Origin: Deltaproteobacteria bacterium
GTDB lineage: Bacteria > Myxococcota_A > Polyangia > Polyangiales > Sandaracinaceae
Assembly: GCA_043750095.1 (NCBI GenBank)
Contig: JAYVCF010000246.1
Location: 1 to 53,686 of the forward strand
Reading direction: 5' to 3'
DNA length: 53,686 bases
Positions 1 to 9,136 of the stretch are shown piece after piece. A program made the translations under genes and the position numbers. The notes under the pieces were generated by a model. The model searched no databases and was not told the DNA's origin. It was given only the letters and a program-made list of their open reading frames with translations. How positions within the stretch are numbered: position 1 is the stretch's first letter; every line of letters begins with the position of its first letter.

Positions 1-699
1 GCCGACGATCTTGCCGGTCTCGTCCGCGTGCGCCGTCAGCCCTTCCAAGATGGGCGTCGTCATCACGATCTGCGCTCGCTGACCGTTTTCTTTCATGAGG
101 TCGCGGCCGACCATCAGGTTGAACAGCTGGTCGGTGCCGCCGAGCTCGACGTCGGCGACCAGGTGCACCGAGTCCTGCGCTTGCGCGAGCGGATACAGGA
201 GCTCGTGGATCGAGATCGCGTCCCCGCGCTCCCAGCGCATCTTGAAGTCTTGTCGCTCCATCATGCGCGCGAGCGTGTACTTGCCCGCGAGGCGCACGAC
301 GTCGGCGAACTTCATGGGACCGAGCCAGGTGTCGTTGTGCTCGATGCGCGTCTTGCCGCGGTCGAGGATCTTGAACGCCTGCTCCGCGTAGCTCCTCGCG
401 CCCGCGTCGATCTCTTCGCGCGAGAGCGGCGGGCGCGTCTTGCTCTTGCCGCTGGGATCGCCGATCGAGGCCGTGAAGTCGCCGACCACGAACACCACCT
501 CGTGACCGAGCTGCTGGAACTGGCGCATCTTCGCCATCAGCACGGCGTGCCCGAGGTGCAGGTCGGGCCGCGTGGGATCGAAGCCCGCTTTGATGCGGAG
601 CGGCCGACCCTCCTTCAGCCGTGCGAGCAGGTCCTCGCGCGAGACCAGATCGACGACGCCGCGCTCGAGCTGGGCGAGCTGTTCTTCAGGGGAGAGCAC
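1..699 (-). CDS. tyrS: tyrosine--tRNA ligase, N-terminal part (gene continues past window start)
   Basis: Absent from the ORF track because it runs off the window. My own minus-strand translation starts at GTG 699, which is preceded in frame by TAA. It reads MLSPEEQLAQLERGVVDLVSREDLLARLKEGRPLRIKAGFDPTRPDLHLGHAVLMAKMRQFQQLGHEVVFVVGDFTASIGDPSGKSKTRPPLS... It carries a class I HIGH-type signature (HLGH), a TyrRS-like DFTAxIGDPSGK block, and strong GC3 bias. Confidence 0.85.
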   Translation of the reverse strand, partial: MLSPEEQLAQLERGVVDLVSREDLLARLKEGRPLRIKAGFDPTRPDLHLGHAVLMAKMRQFQQLGHEVVFVVGDFTASIGDPSGKSKTRPPLSREEIDAGARSYAEQAFKILDRGKTRIEHNDTWLGPMKFADVVRLAGKYTLARMMERQDFKMRWERGDAISIHELLYPLAQAQDSVHLVADVELGGTDQLFNLMVGRDLMKENGQRAQIVMTTPILEGLTAHADETGKIVG

Positions 700-722
700 C
701 GCGGCGGCTTAGCACGCGAACG

Positions 723-1067
723 CTACGTGCTGGCTTCGCCGTTGCTCTCGTCGTCGTCGTCGTCGCCGTCGTCTTCGCTGATCGGCCCGGTCCCCGCGTT
801 GACGATCTCGCGGAGCTCTTTGCCCACCTTGAAGAACGGGAGGCGCTTCTCGGGGACCGCGACCGGCTTGCCAGTGCGGGGGTTGCGGCCGCTGTACGAC
901 TTGTACTCGCGGACCGTGAAGCTACCGAAGCCGCGAATCTCGATGCCTTCGCCCTTCTCGAGCGCCGACGTCATCGACTCGAAGATGCAATTCACGACGA
1001 GCTCCGCGCGGCTCTTGGTGATCTTCGTGCGGCGCGCGACTTCGTCGATGAGCTCGGACTTCGTCAT
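723..1067 (-). CDS. ihfB: integration host factor beta-like HU/IHF family DNA-bending protein with acidic C-terminal tail
   Basis: 114 aa. Starts MTKSELI and has the RGFGSF and GRNPRTGKPV beta-arm motifs of the HU/IHF fold. The C-terminus is ISEDDGDDDDDESNGEAST. Confidence 0.85.
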   Translation of the reverse strand: MTKSELIDEVARRTKITKSRAELVVNCIFESMTSALEKGEGIEIRGFGSFTVREYKSYSGRNPRTGKPVAVPEKRLPFFKVGKELREIVNAGTGPISEDDGDDDDDESNGEAST

Positions 1068-1147
1068 GCCGTTCCCCGTGACGGCGATAACCGTAACCGA
1101 AGCCTCGGGAGGGGGTCAACGGCGTCGTCGACAACGATTCCGGGGGG

Positions 1148-1894
1148 TTATCCAGTCTCAGCGGCCAGGACGGCGTGGACGCGGGCCAGAGCTGCCACGC
1201 TCGCAACGTCGCTCCGAAGGACGCGAGGGCCCAAAGAGGCCGCGGAAAAGCCACGATCGGCGAGGTGCTGGAGCTCGCGACCCGTGAAGCCACCCTCCGG
1301 ACCGATGGCGAGAACGACGCGACGCGACGCGACGCGCGCCACCACGCTCTCGAGCCGCGCCGTGGCCGAAGGGTCGACCACCACACGCGACGCATCGAGC
1401 GTGAGCGCGTCGAGCTCGTGGTCGAGCAAGAACGCGAAGGAGCGATGCACGCTCACGATCGGAAGGCGCGTGTCCTTCGCCTGCGCGAGCCCCTCGATCA
1501 GCAGCGGCCGCTGCGCGTCGGGAGAAAGAATGTGCGCGTCGAAGTAGAAGCGCTCGACCTTCCACGCGCCCGTGAGGATGAGGCGATGCACGCCGAGCTG
1601 CGCGATGGGCGAGAGGAGCCGCGCGAGGACCTTCGGGCGCGGGAGCGCGAGAACGAGATCGACGCGCGGCAGCCCGGGGATCGCATCGTCGAGCGTGCAA
1701 GCGATCCGCAGCGCGCCCTCGGGCGCGATCGCCGTGATCTCGGCCGTGCCGAGCGGACCCTCGATCACGCCGATGCGGAAGCGTCCGCCCACCGCCAGCG
1801 CCAGGACCCCGATCACGTGCGCCGCGCGATCGCCGTCCAGCTGCGCATGCCCGTGCGCGTCGAGCTCGTCCGCGCGCAGGAGAACCACGTTCAT
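1148..1894 (-). CDS. rsmE: 16S rRNA (uracil1498-N3)-methyltransferase RsmE-like (SPOUT family)
   Basis: 248 aa of RsmE-like length and layout, with a C-terminal LAIGPEGGFTGRE motif typical of the RsmE SPOUT knot. There is a 4-nt overlap with the upstream gene. Confidence 0.8.
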   Translation of the reverse strand: MNVVLLRADELDAHGHAQLDGDRAAHVIGVLALAVGGRFRIGVIEGPLGTAEITAIAPEGALRIACTLDDAIPGLPRVDLVLALPRPKVLARLLSPIAQLGVHRLILTGAWKVERFYFDAHILSPDAQRPLLIEGLAQAKDTRLPIVSVHRSFAFLLDHELDALTLDASRVVVDPSATARLESVVARVASRRVVLAIGPEGGFTGRELQHLADRGFSAASLGPRVLRSDVASVAALARVHAVLAAETG

Positions 1895-2880
1895 GCGAGC
1901 GTCGCGACCGCGATCTTGAGCGGTGGCTGGCCGTCCGGCGAGGGGAAGTCGGCTTCGGGCGTCAGCATCGCGAGGTGCGCGATCGTTCGCTCCTCCTTCT
2001 CGGCGCTTCGTCGCACGACGCGCTCGAGCTCGTCCTTGCTCATCGACGGAACGTGGCAGGTCGCCGCCAGTCGTCCGCCTTTCGCGACGCAGCGCATCGC
2101 CGGGCGAAGAAGGCTCGGGTAGTCGCGCTCGACGTCGATCGCGCCGAAGGGACTCTTCGCCCAGCGCGGAGGATCGAGGAGCACGAGATCGAACGCGCGC
2201 GCAGCGACGCGGGCGTATGGCCTGAGCCGACCTCGTCCCTTCACCGGAAGGTCCGCGAGCTGACGAAGGATCGGAATCGCGTTCTCTTCGAGCGTACGGA
2301 AGACGGCGTCACCGATCCCGTTTCGTTCCGCGTTGGCCCGACCGAGGGCGAGCGCAGACGCGGCGAAGTCGACGTTGAGGACCTCACGCGCGCCACCCGC
2401 CGCCGCCGCGACGCCGAGCCCGCACGTATACGCGAAGAGGTTGAGCACCGAGAGCCCACGCGCCGTGTCCTTCACCAGGCGGCGGAGCGCGCGCAGATCG
2501 AGAAAGAGCAGCGGGTCCTGACCGAGCGCGAACGGACGCACGTCGTAGAGGAGCCCCAGCTCGTGACCGACCGCGGCAACCAGGCGCGGATCGTCCCCGA
2601 CGCGCGCCCCACCCTGAGCGCGCTCGACGAAGGCGGAGGCGAGCTCGATCGCGAGCGACTCGCGCACGACCCTCGTGATCGTCGCTTGCACCTCCGCGTC
2701 GATGGGCGCTCCCCAGGACTGCGTGAGCAGCACCGAGCCGTAGCGATCGATCGCGAGCCCCGGATGACCCTCGACGGCCCCGTGGAACAGGCGAACGCAG
2801 TCGGTCCCCTCCGCCGCGAGCGCCGCGAGGAGCGGACGCCGCCGGTCGATCGCCGTCGCGATCGATGCGGCGAGCGTCAC
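1891..2880 (-). CDS. class I SAM-dependent (RlmI/RlmK-like) rRNA methyltransferase
   Basis: 329 aa with a Gly-rich SAM-binding motif (VLNLFAYTCGLGVAAAAGGA) and a DLVLLDPP motif IV. It overlaps both neighbours by 4 nt. Confidence 0.7.
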   Translation of the reverse strand: MTLAASIATAIDRRRPLLAALAAEGTDCVRLFHGAVEGHPGLAIDRYGSVLLTQSWGAPIDAEVQATITRVVRESLAIELASAFVERAQGGARVGDDPRLVAAVGHELGLLYDVRPFALGQDPLLFLDLRALRRLVKDTARGLSVLNLFAYTCGLGVAAAAGGAREVLNVDFAASALALGRANAERNGIGDAVFRTLEENAIPILRQLADLPVKGRGRLRPYARVAARAFDLVLLDPPRWAKSPFGAIDVERDYPSLLRPAMRCVAKGGRLAATCHVPSMSKDELERVVRRSAEKEERTIAHLAMLTPEADFPSPDGQPPLKIAVATLA

Positions 2881-4313
2881 GTCTTCTCCGACGGCGCCTT
2901 CGAAGTGCGCGGCTGCACGACCTCGCGGTCTTCGTGCGCGTCCGAGAGCGCGTCGGCCCAGAGGGTGCGCATCGCCTCGGCCTGCCCCTCGCCTGCGCGT
3001 CGCGCGTTCTTCTGCAGGTTCTCGCGCTCGCTCACGATCATGCGGTCGAGGTGCTGACGCACGTCGGCGCAGTGCACGAGGAAGCTCGAGAGCAGCTCTT
3101 CCGAGTGGATCTCACCCTTCTGGTAGGCGGAGAGCGCGTCGTTCTTCGTCTTTCCCAGCTGGCCGCGGAGCGAGATCATCTTGGGCAGATCGAGCGTCGG
3201 CGCCTCCTCGATCCCCAGCGCCTCACGGTCGATGCGCGCGACCTCGGCGAGGTAGCGATCGAGCCCGTGCAGGCGGCGCGCGCGCAGCCAGCGCCAGAGC
3301 AACACGCTCGCCACGATCAACGAGACCGCGAACGAGCGGAGGCTCTCGATGCCCTGCATGTCTTCGCTGGTGAGGAAGGGATCGTCGCGGTGTTGCCAGG
3401 CGATGGTGCCTGGATGCAGCGGGAACTCCGGCTGCGAGAACAACGCATCGGCAGGACGCGGGAGCTGGGCGTGCCGAAGGAATCGCTCCGACTCGAGCGC
3501 CTCGAGCAGATGCCGCACGGCCTCGCGCGGGGTGTCGCGGTTGGCGATGGCGATCATGCGCGTCGCGAGCGTGGGCACGTCGGCCCGCGGCGTAGGCGGA
3601 AGCGCGCCGTAGGCATAGATGGGAATGATGCCGGGGCTGATGAACACGTCGCGGATGGCCATCGCGGGCGCGTAGGGAATCGGCATCAGCTCATAGCCAC
3701 GATCCCGCAAGAGCTCTTCTGCGACGGGCGAGGGCATGGTCGACACGTGAAAGACCGCGTCGGGCAGTGCGATGTCCTCGGCGTCCTCGAGCTCGGCGTA
3801 GGTCATCGAGACCTCGGTGAAGTCGTGCGGCGGACGGATGCCGGCGAGCTCCAGGAGATCGAGCGCGATCTGGCGCGTGCCGCTCGCCGGCGGCGCGAGC
3901 ATCAGCCGATGACCACGCAGGTCTTCGAGATCGTAGAGATCGAGATCGCTGCGCACCATCACGTGGAGCGGCTCGAGGACCAGCGGCGCGATCTCGCGCA
4001 CGTCTTCGTTGCCCTCGAGCCCACCCTGCACCAGCGCGACGTCCACCTCGCGACGCTCGACGCGCGCGATCGAGTCCTCGGAGCCGGACGTGTCCACGAT
4101 GGTGACGTCCACGCCATGACGCGCGGCTTCGTCGGCGAGTGCGCGCGCGATCTCGGCACGGCGCCCGCGAGGATCGCCCGCCGCGAGCCGGATCTCCGTC
4201 CGCCGCTCGCGCATCGCCACGTAGAGCGAGAGCGCAGCGAACGTCGACGCGAGCACGAACAAGAGGACGAGCGCCCTCGGACTGTCGAGCCAGCGTCGAA
4301 CCGTCGCGATCAC
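2877..4313 (-). CDS. membrane-anchored TAXI-family (TRAP-type) solute-binding-like protein with C-terminal cytoplasmic coiled-coil region
   Basis: The track ORF 2877..4676 is over-extended. GTG at 4313 overlaps the upstream TGA (GTGA) and is followed by a TM helix (ALVLLFVLASTFAALSLYVAM). TAXI-like blocks are present: SGSEDSIARVERREVDVALVQGG and LRGHRLMLAPPASGTRQIALDLLELAGI. A second TM helix (FAVSLIVASVLLWRWL) is followed by a tail of about 130 aa. Confidence 0.6.
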   Translation of the reverse strand: MIATVRRWLDSPRALVLLFVLASTFAALSLYVAMRERRTEIRLAAGDPRGRRAEIARALADEAARHGVDVTIVDTSGSEDSIARVERREVDVALVQGGLEGNEDVREIAPLVLEPLHVMVRSDLDLYDLEDLRGHRLMLAPPASGTRQIALDLLELAGIRPPHDFTEVSMTYAELEDAEDIALPDAVFHVSTMPSPVAEELLRDRGYELMPIPYAPAMAIRDVFISPGIIPIYAYGALPPTPRADVPTLATRMIAIANRDTPREAVRHLLEALESERFLRHAQLPRPADALFSQPEFPLHPGTIAWQHRDDPFLTSEDMQGIESLRSFAVSLIVASVLLWRWLRARRLHGLDRYLAEVARIDREALGIEEAPTLDLPKMISLRGQLGKTKNDALSAYQKGEIHSEELLSSFLVHCADVRQHLDRMIVSERENLQKNARRAGEGQAEAMRTLWADALSDAHEDREVVQPRTSKAPSEKT

Positions 4314-5080
4314 TGCCGCGGCGGGCCGATCGCGACGTGCACGTTGTTGAAGTCGGGATCTTCGACGTCGCCTTCGTGCGTACACACCCAGCCTGCGGGA
4401 ATGCCCTTCATCTTCACGGGCTGACCATCGGGGATGACGCCGCCCATGGCCTGCATGTTCACGAAGCGCATCACCAGATCCGCGACGATGGGCTGCGTCT
4501 CGGCCGTCACGCCGCGAACGCTGAGGTCGGGGCGACCGAAGAGGCGCATGCCGCGCGTGTGGATCCAGATGCGCCCCTCGTTTTCCTCGTCCTCGCTGCC
4601 GAGGATCGACACGAGCGAGGTGAACGAGGGCTCGTCGGGCTCGAACATCTCGCTCGCCCAGGTCTCGGCCGACCACCAGTGCATCGCCTGGTCCATCACG
4701 CCGACGGCGCCCGCTTCCAGCATGGCTTGGACGATGCCGATCGTACTGCGCAGATAGAGGAGGTCCTCCGGATCGGCGACCGTGCCGACGACACGCATCA
4801 CGCTCTTGGCGCCGCGCACCTCGCGCGCGAGCTCGGGGTTCTCGTCGAGCATGCGGCCGAGCACCTCGCTCGGATCCGTGAAGCCACGAAAGGCCTCGTC
4901 GCCGTCCGGTGTGCCCCGCGTCAGACGCCGGATCTCCACGCCCTCGGGCATCCCCGTCACCCGGTGTCGGTCGGGCGAGATCGCCAGCTCCGTGCCGAGG
5001 TCACCGAAGACCCAGAACGCGACGAACGCGTCCCCGCCATCCTCTTCCCAGTGATCGCGCGCCCAGTCCTCGATCGCCAT
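4310..5080 (-). CDS. hypothetical acidic cytoplasmic protein
   Basis: 256-aa ORF with strong GC3 bias, no competing ORF, and a 4-nt overlap with the downstream gene. I recognise no family motif. Confidence 0.65.
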   Translation of the reverse strand: MAIEDWARDHWEEDGGDAFVAFWVFGDLGTELAISPDRHRVTGMPEGVEIRRLTRGTPDGDEAFRGFTDPSEVLGRMLDENPELAREVRGAKSVMRVVGTVADPEDLLYLRSTIGIVQAMLEAGAVGVMDQAMHWWSAETWASEMFEPDEPSFTSLVSILGSEDEENEGRIWIHTRGMRLFGRPDLSVRGVTAETQPIVADLVMRFVNMQAMGGVIPDGQPVKMKGIPAGWVCTHEGDVEDPDFNNVHVAIGPPRQ

Positions 5081-5184
5081 TCGTTCCCTCCGAGCTCGAG
5101 AAAAAAGAATCGGGGATGACTACGCGACTGTACGGCAGAGCCGCGGTCCCTCGCGAGGCGAACGGTAGTGAGCCGAGACGCAAC

Positions 5185-5251
5185 GAGGAGTGGGGCCCCG
5201 AGCCGGCTCCGCCGGGCGGGGCGGGGCCGCGTATCGGCCCCGAAAAAACTA
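5185..5251 (-). repeat. stop-codon-adjacent T-tract plus double-hairpin element, family B, copy 1 (3' of ychF)
   Basis: The minus strand reads TAGTTTTTTCGGGGCCGATACGCGGCCCCGCCCCGCCCGGCGGAGCCGGCTCGGGGCCCCAC. It is near-identical to 34304..34369. Confidence 0.8.
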
Positions 5252-6352
5252 AGTCGCAAAACGGAAATGCATCACATCTCCGTCGCGAACGACGTATTCC
5301 TTCCCTTCGATCCCCAGCTTGCCCGCTGCGCGCACGGCGGCTTCGCTGCCCATGTTCACGCGGTCTTCCCACCAGATGACCTCGGCCTTGATGAAGCCGC
5401 GCTCGAAGTCGGTGTGGATCTTTCCTGCCGCTTGCGGCGCGCGCGTGCCGCGCTTGATCGTCCAGGCGCGGACCTCCTGCTTGCCGGCCGTGAAGTACGT
5501 GATCAGATCGAGCAGCGCGTAGCCCGTGCGGATCACTTCGTTCAGGCCCGGCTCCGAGAGGCCCGCCGACTCGAGGAAGTCGGCGCGCTCGGCTACGGGC
5601 AGCTGCATGATCTCGGCCTCGATCTTCGCGCAGATCACCACGACGGGCGCGTTGCCGCTCTCCTTGGCGCGCGCACGGACCTTGGCCACGAGCGGGTCGT
5701 CGACCTTGCCGAGCTGATCTTCCTTCACGTTGCACACGTAGAAGAGAGGCTTGGCGGTGATGAGGCAGAGGTCGCGCACGATGATCTTGTGATCCTCGTC
5801 CTCGATGACCACGCCGGTCGCGAGCTTGCCTTGATCGAGGTGCTTCTCGAGCTTCTCGCAGATCTCGACGGCCTTCTTCTCGATCGCGCTGTTGCCCTTT
5901 GCTGCGCGGCGGCCGCGGTCGAGGCGCTTCTGCACCGTCTCGAGGTCCTTGAGGATCAGCTCGGTCTCGATGGTCTCGATGTCGGCGATCGGATCGACGC
6001 GGTTCTCGACGTGCAGGACGTTCTCGTCCACGAAGCAGCGGACCACGTGCACGATGGCGTCGCACTCGCGGATGTTGGCGAGGAACGCGTTGCCCTTGCC
6101 TTCGCCCTTGCTCGCGCCCTTGACCAGCCCCGCGATGTCCACGAAGTCGACCGTGGCGGGGACCGTCTTGTCGGGCACGACGATCTTCACGAGGGCGTCG
6201 AAGCGGGCGTCCGGCACCGGCACGACACCAACGTTGGGCTCGATCGTGCAGAAGGCGTAGTTCGCCGCCTCGGCCTGCTTGCTCGAAAGGGCATTGAACA
6301 ACGTGGACTTGCCCACGTTCGGCAGGCCAACGATTCCGACGGAAAGTGCCAT
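5249..6352 (-). CDS. ychF: redox-regulated ribosome-binding ATPase YchF
   Basis: Start trimmed to [23 protein letters not shown] (P-loop). The rest is colinear with YchF/OLA1, including the C-terminal TGS-like region ([31 protein letters not shown]). Confidence 0.95.
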   Translation of the reverse strand: MALSVGIVGLPNVGKSTLFNALSSKQAEAANYAFCTIEPNVGVVPVPDARFDALVKIVVPDKTVPATVDFVDIAGLVKGASKGEGKGNAFLANIRECDAIVHVVRCFVDENVLHVENRVDPIADIETIETELILKDLETVQKRLDRGRRAAKGNSAIEKKAVEICEKLEKHLDQGKLATGVVIEDEDHKIIVRDLCLITAKPLFYVCNVKEDQLGKVDDPLVAKVRARAKESGNAPVVVICAKIEAEIMQLPVAERADFLESAGLSEPGLNEVIRTGYALLDLITYFTAGKQEVRAWTIKRGTRAPQAAGKIHTDFERGFIKAEVIWWEDRVNMGSEAAVRAAGKLGIEGKEYVVRDGDVMHFRFAT

Positions 6353-6471
6353 GGGGGCGCCGTTATGGCCCCACCGCGCCCCGGCCGCAAAGACCCGCTC
6401 TGTGACAGGCTTGCGGGGCCGACACATGCGGTTCACAGAACCGACACGCAATGCCGGCAGCCTCATCCCCG

Positions 6472-7161
6472 ATGCGCGAGAGGATCCTGCTGGTCGACGA
6501 CGAGGCCGACATCGTCGAGCTGCTCGAGTACAACCTGCGGCAGGCTGGCTATACGGTGGTGACGGCCCGCGACGGCGCCTCGGCCCTGGCGGAGATTCGG
6601 CGGCAGCGGCCCGACATCATCCTCTTGGATCTCATGCTGCCGGACATCGCGGGCACCGAGATCTGTCGGCGGCTGCGGCGCGACGCGAGCACGCAGACCA
6701 TCCCGGTCATCATGATCACGGCGCGCGGCGAGGAGATCGACCGGGTGGTCGGCTTCGAGATCGGCGCCGACGACTACATCGTCAAGCCCTTCAGCCCGCG
6801 CGAGCTCGTGTTGCGGATCGGCGCCGTACTGCGGCGCACGTCGGCGCCCGAGAAGCAGACCCCGGGCGAGCGCTTCCGCATCGGGACGCTGGAAGTGGAC
6901 GTGCCGCAGCATCGGGTGACCGTCGACGAAGAAGAGGTCTCGCTCACCGCGCTCGAGTTCAAGCTGCTCTACGATCTGGTGTCGCGACCCGGACGCGTGC
7001 AGACGCGCGACTCGCTGCTCGAGCGCGTCTGGGGCTACGCGGCGGGCGTCGAAACGCGCACGGTGGACACGCACGTCAAGCGCCTGCGCGAGAAGCTGGG
7101 CTCCGCGCGCGACTACATCGAGACCGTTCGCGGCGTCGGATATCGCGTCAAGACGGACTGA
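6472..7161 (+). CDS. OmpR/PhoB-family response regulator
   Basis: Receiver domain (RILLVDDEADI, DIILLDLMLPD, KPF) plus a winged-helix output domain (LTALEFKLLYDL, TVDTHVKRLREKL, RGVGYR). ATG 6451 is an alternative start. Confidence 0.9.
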   Translation: MRERILLVDDEADIVELLEYNLRQAGYTVVTARDGASALAEIRRQRPDIILLDLMLPDIAGTEICRRLRRDASTQTIPVIMITARGEEIDRVVGFEIGADDYIVKPFSPRELVLRIGAVLRRTSAPEKQTPGERFRIGTLEVDVPQHRVTVDEEEVSLTALEFKLLYDLVSRPGRVQTRDSLLERVWGYAAGVETRTVDTHVKRLREKLGSARDYIETVRGVGYRVKTD

Positions 7162-7201
7162 TCATCGCGAAAGCGTCTACCGTGGCGCTATCATCGGACC
7201 G

Positions 7202-9124
7202 ATGGCGGAACCGATCCGGCTCGACGCGGTCGGCGCGCTCATGGTGCGCGCCGCGGAAGCTGCGGGCATCGGCGTGTTTCTGCTCGCGATCGACGAAGTA
7301 CCGCGGACCTTGTTCGTGAACGAGGTCGTGGCGCGCTGGGTGGGCGAGCCCGCCGAGGCCATCGTGCTGCGACCCACGTTCGACTGCGTCGCGCCCGAAG
7401 ATCGCGCGCGAATCGCGGCGGGCTTCGCGCGACGGGCCACGGACCCCTCGGTCCCCACCTCGCTCGAGTGCGCGCTCCTCACGGTGAGGGACGAGCGCAT
7501 CCCGGTCGCCATCGGCATCGCGCGCGGCGAGAGCGGCGGGCGGCCCGTGCAGATCGTCATGCTCACCGACATGCGCGACCGCAGGGCGGTGGCCGCGAAG
7601 CTGTCCGCCTCGGAACGGCGCTTCCGCGACCTGCTCCAGGCCGCGCCCGACGGCGTGGTGATCTCGCAGCGGCTCGCGATCAAGTTCGCCAACCGCGCGG
7701 CGGAGGTGATGCTGGGCGTGCCCGCGGGCGAGCTCGTGGGAAAGTCGCTGAGCGACTTCCTACCGCACGACGAGCTCGAGCGGATGCGAGCGCGGCTCGG
7801 GGCGATCGCCAGCGGAGAGGCTCTCCCGCCCTCGGTGTACCGCGCCACACGACCCGACGGGTCGGTGGTACTGGCGGAGATCGCGTCGATCTTCACGGAG
7901 CACGAGGGCGAGCCCGCCGTGTTGGCCATGGCGCGCGACGTCACCGATCGTGAAGCACTGCAAGCGAACCTCGAGCGCACGGAGAGGCTCGCCGCGCTCG
8001 GCCGTCTCTCGGCGGGCATGGCGCACGAGATCAACAATCCGCTGGCGTTCGTCTCGCTCAGCGCCGAGGCCCTCGAGCGACGCTTGGCGGCGATCGAGAC
8101 GGGCACGGTCGAGCGCGAGGAGATCGGCTCGCTGCTCGAGAACATCTCTCGTGGGACGGCGCGCGTGGCCGCGATCGTCCGCGACCTGAAGGCGTTCAGC
8201 CGCGACGGCGACGCCGACCGAGGGCCCGCGAACCTCGAGGACGTGCTCGCGAGCGCGATCCGCATGGTGCAGCACGAGATCGCGCCCCGCGCGACGCTGG
8301 TCCGCGAGACCTCCGAGATGCCGCTCGTGGTGGGCGCCGCGCGAAAGCTCGAGCAGGTCTTCGTGAACTTGCTCATGAACGCCGTGCAGGCGCTGCCCGA
8401 GGGGCGCACGGGCCAGGTGACGATCCGTACCGAGAGCGACGAGGCCGGCGCCATCGTGACGATCGCAGACGACGGTGTCGGCATCGCGCGCGCGCACCTC
8501 GATCGGGTGTTCGATCCGTTCTTCACGACCAAGCCCGTGGGCGTGGGCACCGGGCTCGGCCTCTCCATCTGCCATGGCATCGTCACGGGCACGGGCGGCA
8601 CCATCTCCATCGAGAGCGAAGAAGGACGCGGCACGATCGTCCGCGTGCGCTTGCCTCGCGCGCAACGTCCGAGCCTGCGTCCCGCCCAACGTGCCACGCG
8701 TGCGTCCGCGCCACCGGGTCCGCGCGCCCACGTGTTGATCGTCGAGGATCAGCTTCCGCTCGCGCGCACGCTCGCCAAGGCGCTCGCCGAGCGCTACGAG
8801 GTGACGCTGGCCGCATCCGCGACGGAAGGGCTCACGGCGCTCACCGAGCACCGCGCCAAGTTCGACGTGATCCTCTGCGACATGCTGATGCCCGACGGGA
8901 CCGGGATCGACGTGTTCGAAGGAACGACGCAGCGCGCGCCCGAGCTGGCAGAGCGCTTCGTGTTCATGACGGGCGGCGCGTTTCTGCCCAGCCTCGCCGA
9001 GTTCCTCGAGCGCGTGCCGAACCAACGCATCGAGAAGCCGTTCGCGCTTCCGGTGCTCGAAGAGCTGCTCGATCGCGTGATCGACGCCCGTCGCGCGAGC
9101 GGCGTGCCGATCGTTCACGCATAG
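7202..9124 (+). CDS. hybrid PAS sensor histidine kinase with C-terminal receiver domain
   Basis: 640 aa. PAS-like regions precede an H-box (SAGMAHEINNPL), N/G boxes (LLMNAVQA, DDGVGI, GTGLGLSI) and a receiver (HVLIVEDQ, DVILCDMLMPDGTG). Confidence 0.9.
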   Translation: MAEPIRLDAVGALMVRAAEAAGIGVFLLAIDEVPRTLFVNEVVARWVGEPAEAIVLRPTFDCVAPEDRARIAAGFARRATDPSVPTSLECALLTVRDERIPVAIGIARGESGGRPVQIVMLTDMRDRRAVAAKLSASERRFRDLLQAAPDGVVISQRLAIKFANRAAEVMLGVPAGELVGKSLSDFLPHDELERMRARLGAIASGEALPPSVYRATRPDGSVVLAEIASIFTEHEGEPAVLAMARDVTDREALQANLERTERLAALGRLSAGMAHEINNPLAFVSLSAEALERRLAAIETGTVEREEIGSLLENISRGTARVAAIVRDLKAFSRDGDADRGPANLEDVLASAIRMVQHEIAPRATLVRETSEMPLVVGAARKLEQVFVNLLMNAVQALPEGRTGQVTIRTESDEAGAIVTIADDGVGIARAHLDRVFDPFFTTKPVGVGTGLGLSICHGIVTGTGGTISIESEEGRGTIVRVRLPRAQRPSLRPAQRATRASAPPGPRAHVLIVEDQLPLARTLAKALAERYEVTLAASATEGLTALTEHRAKFDVILCDMLMPDGTGIDVFEGTTQRAPELAERFVFMTGGAFLPSLAEFLERVPNQRIEKPFALPVLEELLDRVIDARRASGVPIVHA

Positions 9125-9136
9125 GCCGCCGATGCT

